This document shows, piece by piece, positions 17,716-25,870 of a stretch of DNA of 64,000 nucleotides (its first letter is position 1; every line of letters starts with the position of its first letter). The stretch covers positions 654 through 64,653 of the forward strand of contig DATJZU010000144.1 in the NCBI GenBank assembly GCA_035498835.1. The letters are read 5' to 3'. The position numbers were made by a program, and so were the translations under genes. The notes beneath the pieces were generated by a model. The model was given only the letters and a program-made list of their open reading frames with translations, had not been told where the DNA came from and searched no databases. This stretch comes from Thermoanaerobaculia bacterium (GTDB taxonomy: Bacteria > Acidobacteriota > Thermoanaerobaculia > UBA5066 > Gp7-AA6).

Positions 17716-17995
17716 GTGACCAGTTGTCTTTGAGCCGAGCGAAGGCAGGGCCCCGTCCGCGCCACCGGGCAGGCAGATCGCCTACGGGCAAAGGCGATGA
17801 GGTCCGGGACCTCCGCGGGCGGGCATGGGTGTGGGGCGGGCTCCCGACCGGAGTCGCTCGCGCGGCCCCGCGAGGGAGAGGGCGGGAAGGAGGTTCGAGT
17901 CTTTCATAGAACCTTGTCGAGAGATCGAAGCAAGGCGGGTGCCAGCGTGGCCGGCCCCCTGGAACGGGAGTTGCTCCTCGGAACGCGGGGTGCTC

Positions 17996-18457
17996 ATGAG
18001 AAGCCGAAGAAAGCGGCGGCGTCCCGGCGACTCGGCGCTCGCCCGTTTTTCGCTGTGGGCCACGAAATGGGCGGGCAGCTCGGGGGCCTTCGCCGCCGCG
18101 TGCGGCGTGATCCTCGTGTGGCTCGTGACCGGCCCGATCTTCCGCTACTCGGACACGTGGCAGCTCGTCATCAACACGGGCACGACGATCGTCACCTTCC
18201 TCATGGTTTTCCTCATCCAGCGCGCGCAGAACAAGGAGTCGCGGGCGATTCATCTCAAGCTGAACGAGCTCGTCGCGGCGCTCGGAGGGGCGAGCAATCG
18301 GCTCGTCAACGTCGAAGACCTGACCGAGACCGATCTCGAGACGCTGGCTCGCCACTACCGCGAGCTCGCGGTCCTCGCCGGCAAGGACGCCTCCCTCACT
18401 GAGTCGCACTCGGTCGAGGAAGCGAGCCGGCGTCACGAGAAGAAGCGCGAGTCCTAG
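17996..18457 (+). CDS. Low-affinity iron permease (Fet4-like, PF04120) family small membrane protein
   Basis: 153 aa from ATG 17996: ...FSLWATKWAGSSGAFAAACGVILVWLVTGPIFRYSDTWQLVINTGTTIVTFLMVFLIQRAQNKESRAIHLKLNELV... This matches the conserved SDTWQLVINTGTTIVTFLMVFLIQ(N/R)xQN block of that family. The N-terminal 57 codons of the supplied ORF are arginine-rich and rejected. Confidence 0.75.
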   Translation: MRSRRKRRRPGDSALARFSLWATKWAGSSGAFAAACGVILVWLVTGPIFRYSDTWQLVINTGTTIVTFLMVFLIQRAQNKESRAIHLKLNELVAALGGASNRLVNVEDLTETDLETLARHYRELAVLAGKDASLTESHSVEEASRRHEKKRES

Positions 18458-18561
18458 CCGCCTGCTGGCACGTCTCATGCTCTGCAGGGATCCGACGGCG
18501 CGAATGGACGCGCCGCCGACACGTCCGGCGGAACCTTCCGCCGGAGCGCAGGAGGGATTCC

Positions 18562-18882
18562 ATGAATCGACACGTCCCCCGGCTTCTGGCCGCGGTCGCG
18601 CTTGCGGGCCTCTTAATCGGCGCCGCGTGCACGACCACGCAGAGCCCCGGCACTCAGATCGACGACGCCAGCATCCACGCCGCCGTCAAGACGAAGCTGA
18701 CCGCCGATCGTTTCTCGAACATCGTCAACGTGGACATCAACGTCACCAACGGCGTCGTCACGCTGGCGGGCGAAGTGCCCAACGCGCAAGTGAAGGCGGA
18801 CGCGGCGGCGGAGGCGAGCAGCGTCAAGGGCGTCGTCCGCGTCGTCAACAACCTGCAGGTCAAGACACCGCCGGCATCCTGA
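18562..18882 (+). CDS. BON-domain (OsmY-like) lipoprotein
   Basis: 106 aa. It has a signal peptide with lipobox IGAAC. The BON domain runs from DASIHAAVKTKL through VNVDINVTNGVVTLAGEV to VKGVVRVVNNLQV. Confidence 0.75.
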   Translation: MNRHVPRLLAAVALAGLLIGAACTTTQSPGTQIDDASIHAAVKTKLTADRFSNIVNVDINVTNGVVTLAGEVPNAQVKADAAAEASSVKGVVRVVNNLQVKTPPAS

Positions 18883-18913
18883 GAAAGTGCGTCCCGAAGG
18901 GAGGTGAACGACC

Positions 18914-19093
18914 ATGCTTCGACTGGCCCTGATCTTTCTCGCCATCGGAATCGTCGCGGCGCTGCTCGGCTTCACGGGCGTCGCCGGCGCGTCCTTCGCG
19001 ATCGCCAAAGTGTTCGCGCTGATTTTCGGCGTCCTGTTTCTGGTCTTTCTGCTCCTGGGAATGACCGCCGCAAGCAGGATCGCTTCCCCGTAG
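18914..19093 (+). CDS. DUF1328 (UPF0391) family small membrane protein
   Basis: 59 aa MLRLALIFLAIGIVAALLGFTGVAGASFAIAKVFALIFGVLFLVFLLLGM... This is the family's signature sequence. SD GGGAGGTGA. It lies below the 60-aa cutoff of the supplied track. Confidence 0.6.
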   Translation: MLRLALIFLAIGIVAALLGFTGVAGASFAIAKVFALIFGVLFLVFLLLGMTAASRIASP

Positions 19094-19111
19094 AGTCGAT
19101 CTCCAATACGA

Positions 19112-19147
19112 AAAGAGCGGGAGGACCACAGGGACCTCCCGCTCTTT
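19112..19147. terminator. Bidirectional hairpin AAAGAGCGGGAGG-N11-CTCCCGCTCTTT between convergent small genes
   Basis: 13-bp perfect stem seen in the sequence. The flanking A/T runs make it usable on both strands. Confidence 0.5.
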
Positions 19148-19165
19148 CCGTCGACGCCGAAATCG

Positions 19166-19351
19166 TCAGGGCGTGGGCGTGGTCGCCGGGGGCGTCATCT
19201 CGGACATCGCCGGAGTCGCCACCGGCGTCGGCGCCGAGGAGCTCGTGGTCGTTTCGGTGGTGGTCTGGGTGGTCTCCTTCTTTTCGCAGGCCATCGCGAA
19301 AAGAGACCCGAGCGCCAGGGCCGCGATCAGGCCGGCCAGCTTCCTCTTCAT
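19166..19351 (-). CDS. Small Thr/Pro-rich lipoprotein
   Basis: MKRKLAGLIAALALGSLFAMAC(lipobox)EKKETTQTTTETTTSSSAPTPVATPAMSEMTPPATTPTP. Strong SD GAAGGAGGACTC precedes the ATG. Confidence 0.5.
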   Translation of the reverse strand: MKRKLAGLIAALALGSLFAMACEKKETTQTTTETTTSSSAPTPVATPAMSEMTPPATTPTP

Positions 19352-19513
19352 GAGTCCTCCTTCTATCGGGCGGGCGTCACGAGGCGCCGCCCCGCAGGGG
19401 ACATGCAGAACGCGTGCCCTCCGGAGAGGCGCGACGCCCGCGGCACGCAACTTGCTCCGACTGGTCCTTTTCCGGACGCACTGGCGCGCTCCGGGGTCGA
19501 AAGGAGTCTCCGC

Positions 19514-19810
19514 ATGAGAAAAGTCGTTGCGATCATGGCCATCGCGGTCGTCTGCCTCGCGGCCGTTGCCGTGGCGGCGCCCGAAACCCGGACGGTCGTC
19601 GGCACGATCACGCGAATCGACAATGCGTCAAAGTCGATGGTCGTGAAAGACGCCTCCGGGACCGAAACCACCATTTACTGGAACGACGGCTCGAAGGTGG
19701 ACGGGGGCGAGCTGCGGGAAGGGTCGACGGTCAAGGTCGAGACCAAGGATCAGGACGGGAAGTCCGTCGCGACCTCGATCCAGGTGCAGATGCCGAAGAA
19801 GCCGTACTGA
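19514..19810 (+). CDS. Secreted small beta-rich protein (CusF-like/OB-fold-like), paralogous to the repeats in 27452..28096
   Basis: 98 aa with signal peptide MRKVVAIMAIAVVCLAAVAVAAPE. Mature part TVVGTITRIDNASKSMVVKDASGTETTIYWNDGSKVDGGELREGSTVKVETKDQDGKSVATSIQV. SD GAAAGGAG. It is followed by a hairpin + T-tract at 19837..19868. Confidence 0.6.
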   Translation: MRKVVAIMAIAVVCLAAVAVAAPETRTVVGTITRIDNASKSMVVKDASGTETTIYWNDGSKVDGGELREGSTVKVETKDQDGKSVATSIQVQMPKKPY

Positions 19811-19820
19811 TTCATCCGCG

Positions 19821-21659
19821 TCACGCTTGCGGGGGAGGTCCGGAATGGACTCCCCCGCTTTTTCCATCCAGGGCACGGCTGATGTTCACGGCGGCGGAAA
19901 TCAACGCGAGGTGCGTGAAGGCCTGAGGGAAATTCCCGAGGGCCTCGCCCGTCAGGCCGATCTCTTCCGCGTACAGCCCGAGGTGATTCGCGTATCCGAG
20001 CATCTTCTCGAAGGTGAGTCGCGACTCCTCGAGCCTTCCGGCGCGTGCGAGCGCCTCCGCCAGCCAGAACGTGCACATCGAGAAAGTTCCCTCCTCGCCT
20101 CCGACCCCGTCGGGCGAGACGCGATGGTCGTACCGATAGACGAGGTGGTCGCTCACGAGATCGCGCTGGATGGCATTCAGCGTCCCGAGCATCCGGGGAT
20201 CCGAGGGGGACACGAACTTGACCATGGGAGCCAGGAGCATTGCCGCGTCCAGGAGCTCCGCGTCGAGACACTGCACGAAGGAACGCCGCGGCCGGGAATA
20301 GCCCCGCGCCATCACGGTCTCGTACACGGCGTCCCGCACGGCGATCCAGCGCGGAAGATCCGCGGGAAGGCTTCGCTTCACGGCGATGCGCTGGGCGCGA
20401 TCGAGCGCCACCCAGCACATGAGCTTCGAAAACGTGAACTGGTGCCGGCCGCCGCGGACCTCCCAGATCCCTTCGTCCGGGTCCTGCCATCGATCGCACA
20501 CCCAGTCCGTCAGCGCCCGCACGCCCTCCCAGAGCCCGTGCGAGATCGGCTCGCCGTACTTGTTGTAGAGATAGACGGCGTCCATCACGTCGCCGGCGAT
20601 GTCGAGCTGGAACTGCTTGGCGGCGTCATTGCCGATCCGCACGGGACGCGATCCGCGGTAGCCCGCGAGGTGATCGAGCGTCTGCTCGGGGATCTCCGTG
20701 CGCCCATCGATGCCGTAAAGAACCTGCAGGCCGCGCTCGGGATCGATCTGCCGGCAGCGCGCCTCGATGAACTCCATGAAGCGCAGCGCCTCCTCCGTGA
20801 AGCCGACGCGCAGGAATGCGTAGACCGTGAACGCCGTATCGCGCATCCAGCTGTAGCGATAGTCCCAGTTTCGGTTGCCGCCGATGCGCTCGGGCAGGCT
20901 GGTCGTCGCCGCCGCCACGATGGCGCCCGTGGGCTCGTAGGTGAGGAGCTTCAACGTCAGGCAGGAACGCTTGACCATCTCGCGCCAGTGGCCCTGATAG
21001 TGGCTCCGCGCGATCCAGCCCTGCCAGAAACGCAGCGTCGCTCGAAACTCCCCCTGGCACCGGGCCGCGAGACTCTCCAGCGATGGCGGCGGCTGCGAAT
21101 CCGCCTGACACAGGAGGACGGGAATCTCGTCGCCCTCCTTCAGCGCGAAGTCGCAGGCGACCCCCCCGTCGCGAATCTCGCAGGCGAGCGGCGTGGCCAG
21201 GTCCACCGCCCGCTCGCCCGCCGAGAACCGAAATCCCGAAGAGGTCCGCTCGACGCGGGCCGGCACCCGCGCGTAGTCGAACGCGGGGACGCACTCCATG
21301 CGGAACGGGATCGTGCCGCGCACCCCCCGCACGAGCCGCACGACCGCGTGATCTTCGGGCTTCTTGCGGCCTCCCGTCGTGTGCACGGGCATGAAGTCGA
21401 CGATCTCTCCCACGCCGTCCGGCGTCAGGAATCGGGTCAGCAGAACGTTTGAATCGGGCAGGTACATCTGCCGCCGGCGCGCCTCCGACGTCGCCGCGAT
21501 CCGAAAGTGGCCGCCTTTCTCGCCGTCCAGGATTGCGGCGAAGAGACTCGGCGAATCGAAGTGCGGCAGACAAAGCCAGTCGATCGTCCCGTCCATCGCG
21601 ACGAGCGCCGCGGTGTGCATGTCGCCGATGACGCCGTGGTGCTCGATCGGGACGCTCAT
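19821..21659 (-). CDS. Glycoside hydrolase family 15 (glucoamylase/trehalase-like)
   Basis: 612 aa [44 protein letters not shown]... This is the classic GH15 N-terminus, followed by the (alpha/alpha)6 catalytic region (NRNWDYRYSWMRD). Its ATG overlaps the otsA stop (ATGA). The 380 upstream codons of the supplied ORF are artefactual. Confidence 0.85.
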   Translation of the reverse strand: MSVPIEHHGVIGDMHTAALVAMDGTIDWLCLPHFDSPSLFAAILDGEKGGHFRIAATSEARRRQMYLPDSNVLLTRFLTPDGVGEIVDFMPVHTTGGRKKPEDHAVVRLVRGVRGTIPFRMECVPAFDYARVPARVERTSSGFRFSAGERAVDLATPLACEIRDGGVACDFALKEGDEIPVLLCQADSQPPPSLESLAARCQGEFRATLRFWQGWIARSHYQGHWREMVKRSCLTLKLLTYEPTGAIVAAATTSLPERIGGNRNWDYRYSWMRDTAFTVYAFLRVGFTEEALRFMEFIEARCRQIDPERGLQVLYGIDGRTEIPEQTLDHLAGYRGSRPVRIGNDAAKQFQLDIAGDVMDAVYLYNKYGEPISHGLWEGVRALTDWVCDRWQDPDEGIWEVRGGRHQFTFSKLMCWVALDRAQRIAVKRSLPADLPRWIAVRDAVYETVMARGYSRPRRSFVQCLDAELLDAAMLLAPMVKFVSPSDPRMLGTLNAIQRDLVSDHLVYRYDHRVSPDGVGGEEGTFSMCTFWLAEALARAGRLEESRLTFEKMLGYANHLGLYAEEIGLTGEALGNFPQAFTHLALISAAVNISRALDGKSGGVHSGPPPQA

Positions 21660-23122
21660 GACGCGATCGCGGTCGGCAGGTAGTCCGCGACGCGCGGAAA
21701 CTCTGCGAGATCGCGCGAGATCGCGGCGCGAAGGAACGCGTCGAGCCAGTGGTAAATGTCTCGCTCGCGGATCGTGCGCCGCAGGCGGCTCATGCGCGCG
21801 CGCTGCTCCGCACGCGGCATGTCGAGCGCCCGGCGGAGCGCATCGGCCACGCCCTCGACGTCGTACGGATTGACGAGAAGCGCCGCGCGCTGCAGCTCCG
21901 CCGCCGCCCCGGCGAACTCGGACAGCACGAGCACGCCATCCTTCGAGACCCGTGTCGCGCAATACTCCTTCGCGACGAGATTCATTCCGTCCTTGAGCGG
22001 TGTCACGAGCGCGACATCGGCGGCGAGGTAATAGGCCGAAAGGCGCGGGCCCTCGAGCGGCCGGTGAAGATAGTGGACGGGCACCCATCCGGATCTCGTG
22101 AAGGTTCCGTTGATCTCGCCGACGAGCCGCTCGATCGCGGTGCGATGCTCGCGGTAGCCCCGAATCTCCTCGCGGCTCGGCACGGCGATCTGAACGAGCG
22201 TGACGTTGCCGCGCAGTTCGGGCGACGTCTCGAGAAGCCGGCGGAACGCCTCGAGCTTCTGCGCGATGCCCTTCGTATAGTCGAGCCGGTCGACGCCGAG
22301 CACGATGCGCCGGCCGGTCTCGTCGGCGCGCAGGCTCGCCGCCTTGGCGACGACCTCGGGCTGCCGCGCCCGGCGTTCGAGGGCGCGGGCGTCGATGGAG
22401 ATCGGGAAAGTCCCGACGCGCACATCGCGGTCTTCCCAACGGACGCTCATCACGGCGCCCTTCCCGGAGAAGCGGGCGCCGGGAAGGAGCAGTCGCACGC
22501 ACTGCAGGAAGTTCCGCCGGTCGCGGATCGTCTGGAAGCCGACGAGGTCGTAAGAGAGGAGCGACTGGAGGACCGGGAAGCGCCAGGGAAGCTTCAGGAA
22601 GACGTCGAGGGGCGGGAAGGGGATATGGAGGAAGAAAGCGATTCGCGAGGAGACGCCGAGCCGCCGCAGCTCCCCCGCCATCGCAAGGAGGTGATAGTCG
22701 TGGACCCAGAAAAAATCTCCGGGACGCGCGTCCTTCGCGGCCTCGGCCGCGAACCTCCGGTTGACGGCCTCGTAAGCGCGCCAGTACTCGGGATCGAAGC
22801 GGCACATCGAAAGCAGATCGTGGAAGAGCGGCCAGATCACCTCGTTCGAGAAGCCGTGGTAGAAGCGGTCGCGCTCACTGGCCGTCAACGGGACCGGTAC
22901 GAGCTCGTAGCCGAACCGCTCGCCGGAGGCTCGAAGCGCCGCGCGCGCGTCCGGCAGATCCTCCGCGACGGCGCCGCTCCAGCCGATCCAGCGCCCGCCC
23001 CGGCCCTCGAGGACCGGCCGGAGCGCCGTGACGAGACCTCCGCTGCCAGGCTCGACGCGCCACGCACCGTCTTCACGCGTGAGCGCGAAGGGCAGGCGGT
23101 TCGAAACCACCACGAGATTCAT
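21656..23122 (-). CDS. otsA: Alpha,alpha-trehalose-phosphate synthase (GT20)
   Basis: 488 aa [12 protein letters not shown]...GGLVTAL...WVHDYHL...[11 protein letters not shown]...LVNPYDVEG, full GT20 signature. Its start overlaps the otsB stop. Confidence 0.9.
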   Translation of the reverse strand: MNLVVVSNRLPFALTREDGAWRVEPGSGGLVTALRPVLEGRGGRWIGWSGAVAEDLPDARAALRASGERFGYELVPVPLTASERDRFYHGFSNEVIWPLFHDLLSMCRFDPEYWRAYEAVNRRFAAEAAKDARPGDFFWVHDYHLLAMAGELRRLGVSSRIAFFLHIPFPPLDVFLKLPWRFPVLQSLLSYDLVGFQTIRDRRNFLQCVRLLLPGARFSGKGAVMSVRWEDRDVRVGTFPISIDARALERRARQPEVVAKAASLRADETGRRIVLGVDRLDYTKGIAQKLEAFRRLLETSPELRGNVTLVQIAVPSREEIRGYREHRTAIERLVGEINGTFTRSGWVPVHYLHRPLEGPRLSAYYLAADVALVTPLKDGMNLVAKEYCATRVSKDGVLVLSEFAGAAAELQRAALLVNPYDVEGVADALRRALDMPRAEQRARMSRLRRTIRERDIYHWLDAFLRAAISRDLAEFPRVADYLPTAIAS

Positions 23123-23994
23123 CGGCGATCCTTCCCGGACCGAGCCGGAGCCGCGGGCTCGGCGCGCAGCCACCGCAGGAGGAAATCCCGCAGCTCCTCG
23201 GGCGGCCGGAGCCACGCGGCGGCCGCGCTCTCCCGGCGCCGCGAACGCACGAGGACCGCGAGCCCGCGGCCGCGAAGCGCCGCGAAGGCGTCCTCGTCGG
23301 TCGCATCGTCGCCGAGGTAGGCGACGGCGGCCTCGCGTTTCTCTTCCTCGAGGATCGTCCGGACGACGCGGCCCTTGTTCGCATCCTCCGGCCGGAACTC
23401 GATTCCGCCGTCGAAGGGCCCGAGAACGAGGCCCGCGCGGCAGGCCGGCGCGCTCCAACGGGCGAGGACCGCTTCGCGCAGTCGCCGATAGCGCACCGGA
23501 TCCGGCCGCTCGTGCAGCGCAAAGCCGTAGGGCTTCCTCTCGAACAATCGCTCCGCGCCGCGCGCCGACGTCCAACGCGCAACGTCTTCGAGGAGCTCGG
23601 CGATCGCCCGCGACACCGGCGGGGCGTCGAGACGTCCCTCGGGTGTCATCCGCTCGAGGCCGTGCGAGCCCCAGAGCTCGGGGCGCGGGCGGAGCCAGCG
23701 CACGCGCTGACCGAGGTCGGACACCGCGCGCCCGCTCACGAGCACGAGGCGCGTCCGCCGCGCGGCGGCGATCTCGCTCAAGAGCTCGGCCACGCCGGCG
23801 TACGGCGCCGCGATGTCGCGCCCGCTCCGGAAGGGAGCGAGGGTCCCATCGTAGTCGGCGAGCAGCACGCGCGAAGGCGCGGCGGAAAACACGGCGAAGA
23901 ATCGATCGAATGCGTCCCCGCTCGCGGGATCGCTCGGGCGTCCCCGCACCGCGCCTTTCGGGCGACGGCGCCCGGTCGCCGGTCGGATCGTCAC
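23119..23994 (-). CDS. otsB: Trehalose-6-phosphate phosphatase (HAD family)
   Basis: HAD motif I LLADYDGTLAPF is present, as is motif III/IV (YLGDDATDEDAF). The start is uncertain: there is no in-frame ATG near the HAD core. GTG 23994 is chosen, and the 100-codon arginine-rich extension to 24285 is rejected. Confidence 0.75.
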   Translation of the reverse strand: MTIRPATGRRRPKGAVRGRPSDPASGDAFDRFFAVFSAAPSRVLLADYDGTLAPFRSGRDIAAPYAGVAELLSEIAAARRTRLVLVSGRAVSDLGQRVRWLRPRPELWGSHGLERMTPEGRLDAPPVSRAIAELLEDVARWTSARGAERLFERKPYGFALHERPDPVRYRRLREAVLARWSAPACRAGLVLGPFDGGIEFRPEDANKGRVVRTILEEEKREAAVAYLGDDATDEDAFAALRGRGLAVLVRSRRRESAAAAWLRPPEELRDFLLRWLRAEPAAPARSGKDRR

Positions 23995-24084
23995 TCGAAC
24001 CGAAACTGCAGAAAGCGTGCCGGCCGGCGCGGCGCTCCGCTCCTGGCAAGCGATTTGCTCCGGCCTCGGACGAGGAGGTGCGTC

Positions 24085-24189
24085 ATGGCCTGTCAGCACG
24101 AAGGATGCCGGTGCAACGAAGCGCGCGTCGAACGCGAGGGGCGGAAGTTCTGCAGCGAGACCTGCGCCGACCGCGCGCACGAGGGGTAG
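24085..24189 (+). CDS. Bacterial metallothionein (SmtA/BmtA-like), terminated by an in-frame TAG; the Cys-rich C-terminus continues to TGA 24234
   Basis: A perfect SD GAGGAGG lies 6 nt before the ATG. The product is MACQHEGCRCNEARVEREGRKFCSETCADRAHEG*. After the TAG the same frame reads SAPCPCGHPDCAAV*. The combined pattern C-x-C...KFCSETCA...GH...CPCGHPDC mirrors the SmtA zinc-finger-like fold. Confidence 0.5.
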   Translation: MACQHEGCRCNEARVEREGRKFCSETCADRAHEG

Positions 24190-24304
24190 AGCGCGCCGTG
24201 CCCGTGCGGCCACCCCGACTGCGCCGCCGTCTGAAATCTCCCGGATCCAGCAACCGCCGGGCGAAGGTCGCCCGTTCGGGAACAACCAACCACAGGAGGA
24301 AGAG

Positions 24305-24670
24305 ATGAAGTCCGTTTACGCCCAGCCGCACGTGCTCTCCGCTTCGACGCTCAAGGGAGACAAAGTGCGCAATTCCGCCGGCGACGACCTCGGCAACATC
24401 GAGGAATTCATGATCGATCTCGAGACGGGGCGGATCGCCTACGCGGTCCTTTCGTTCGGCGGATTCCTCGGGGTCGGCAACAAGCTGTTCGCCGTCCCCT
24501 GGCCGGCGATGGCGCTCGACACCGACAAGCACGAGTTCGTGCTCAATGTGGACAAGGCACTTCTGAAGAACGCGCCGGGATTCGACAAGGGTCACTGGCC
24601 GGACATGGCGGATCGGAGCTGGGGATCGCAGGTCTACAAGTACTACGGCATCGATCCCTACTGGCAGTAA
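24305..24670 (+). CDS. PRC-barrel domain protein
   Basis: 121 aa. SD AGGAGGAAG. The core LKGDKVRNSAGDDLGNIEEFMIDLETGRIAYAVLSFGGFLGVGNKLFAVPW is a canonical PRC-barrel. Confidence 0.8.
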   Translation: MKSVYAQPHVLSASTLKGDKVRNSAGDDLGNIEEFMIDLETGRIAYAVLSFGGFLGVGNKLFAVPWPAMALDTDKHEFVLNVDKALLKNAPGFDKGHWPDMADRSWGSQVYKYYGIDPYWQ

Positions 24671-24684
24671 GCGAAAGGATTTCC

Positions 24685-25575
24685 ATGGCCCGGAGGCGAG
24701 CGGCGGCGGCCAAACGAGTCGCGCACTCATCGCGCGCCGCCGCCCCGCCTCGGCCGGTTTGGACCGGCCAGATCTCTTTCGGCCTGGTCACGATCCCGAT
24801 CGCGCTCTCGAGCGCCGTCGAAGCGTCGGAGCGAATCTCCTTCCACCTGCTCCACCGCAAGGATCTCGCGCCCATCCACTACAAGAAGTTCTGCAGTCTC
24901 GAGGACGTCGAGGTGAGCAACGACGAGGTCGTCCGCGGCCGACGGAGCGGCAAGACGAAGTGGACGGTCGTCGAAAAGGAAGATCTCGAGAAGGCGGCGG
25001 AGGAAGCGTCGCCGGCCGACAGCCGGAACACCATCGAGGTGCTCGAGTTCGTTTCGCCGAGTACGATCGACTTTCTCTCGCTCGACGAGCCCTACTACGT
25101 CGTGCCCCGAAAGGGAGGCGAGAAGGCCTACGTTCTCCTCCGGCGCGCGCTCACCGAGCGAAGCCGGACGGGAATCGTGCGCGTCACGCTGCGCACCCGG
25201 CCGCACCTGGCGGCGCTGTCACCCCGGGGCGAGGCCTTGACGCTCGTCACGCTACGGCCCTTCGAGGAGATGCGCGACGCCTCGCGCTGGGGCCTGCCGC
25301 CGCCGTCCGCGCGTCCCGCCGAGGTCGCGCTCGCCGAGCAGCTCGTGGACCGGCTCTCGGGCGGAGGCTGGGACCCGGCGCGGCATCCCGACACCTATCG
25401 GCGCGCGCTCCAGAAGCTGCTCGCCTCGAAGAGCGCCCGGGGCGCGCGGGGCGCGGCCCCCGAACCCTCCGGCGAAAACGTGGTCGACCTGATGGAAGCC
25501 CTCCGGCGGAGCGTGGCCGGCCGCGTGGGGCGACGCCCTCGAAACGCCGCTCCGCGCAAGGCCAGCACCGCCTGA
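24685..25575 (+). CDS. ku: Ku protein (NHEJ DNA-end binding)
   Basis: VWTGQISFGLVTIPIALSSA... Ku core with a basic C-terminal tail. It lies 14 nt after the PRC-barrel gene. No ligD is present in the window. Confidence 0.85.
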   Translation: MARRRAAAAKRVAHSSRAAAPPRPVWTGQISFGLVTIPIALSSAVEASERISFHLLHRKDLAPIHYKKFCSLEDVEVSNDEVVRGRRSGKTKWTVVEKEDLEKAAEEASPADSRNTIEVLEFVSPSTIDFLSLDEPYYVVPRKGGEKAYVLLRRALTERSRTGIVRVTLRTRPHLAALSPRGEALTLVTLRPFEEMRDASRWGLPPPSARPAEVALAEQLVDRLSGGGWDPARHPDTYRRALQKLLASKSARGARGAAPEPSGENVVDLMEALRRSVAGRVGRRPRNAAPRKASTA

Positions 25576-25632
25576 GACGGCCGGGGCCGGCGAACGCCGG
25601 CCCCGCCCTCCATTCGAAGGACCGAATCTTCC

Positions 25633-25782
25633 CTACGCGACCGGCCTGCCCTGAATCAGCCGGATGAGCAGGATCACCACGGCGGCGACGAGCAGGATGT
25701 GGATGAAGCCGGACAGCGTGTAGCCGGACACGAGACCGAGCACCCAGAGGACGAGCAAAATCACGAAGATCGTCCAGAGCAT
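25633..25782 (-). CDS. lmo0937-family small membrane protein
   Basis: 49 aa MLWTIFVILLVLWVLGLVSGYTLSGFIHILLVAAVVILLIRLIQGRPVA. SD AAGGAAGGAG. This is the C-terminal part of a longer artefactual ORF. Confidence 0.55.
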   Translation of the reverse strand: MLWTIFVILLVLWVLGLVSGYTLSGFIHILLVAAVVILLIRLIQGRPVA

Positions 25783-25870
25783 TGATTCACTCCTTCCTTG
25801 CGCCCGGACCGTCGAAGACCGTCCGGCGCCATCGGAAGAGAGCGAAAAACGTGCCAGGGAAAGGAATGAG

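Noticed and set aside
17880-17900. tRNA-like T-loop sequence GGTTCGAGTC
   Set aside because: The flanking sequence cannot form an acceptor, D or anticodon stem. No tRNA was found in the window.
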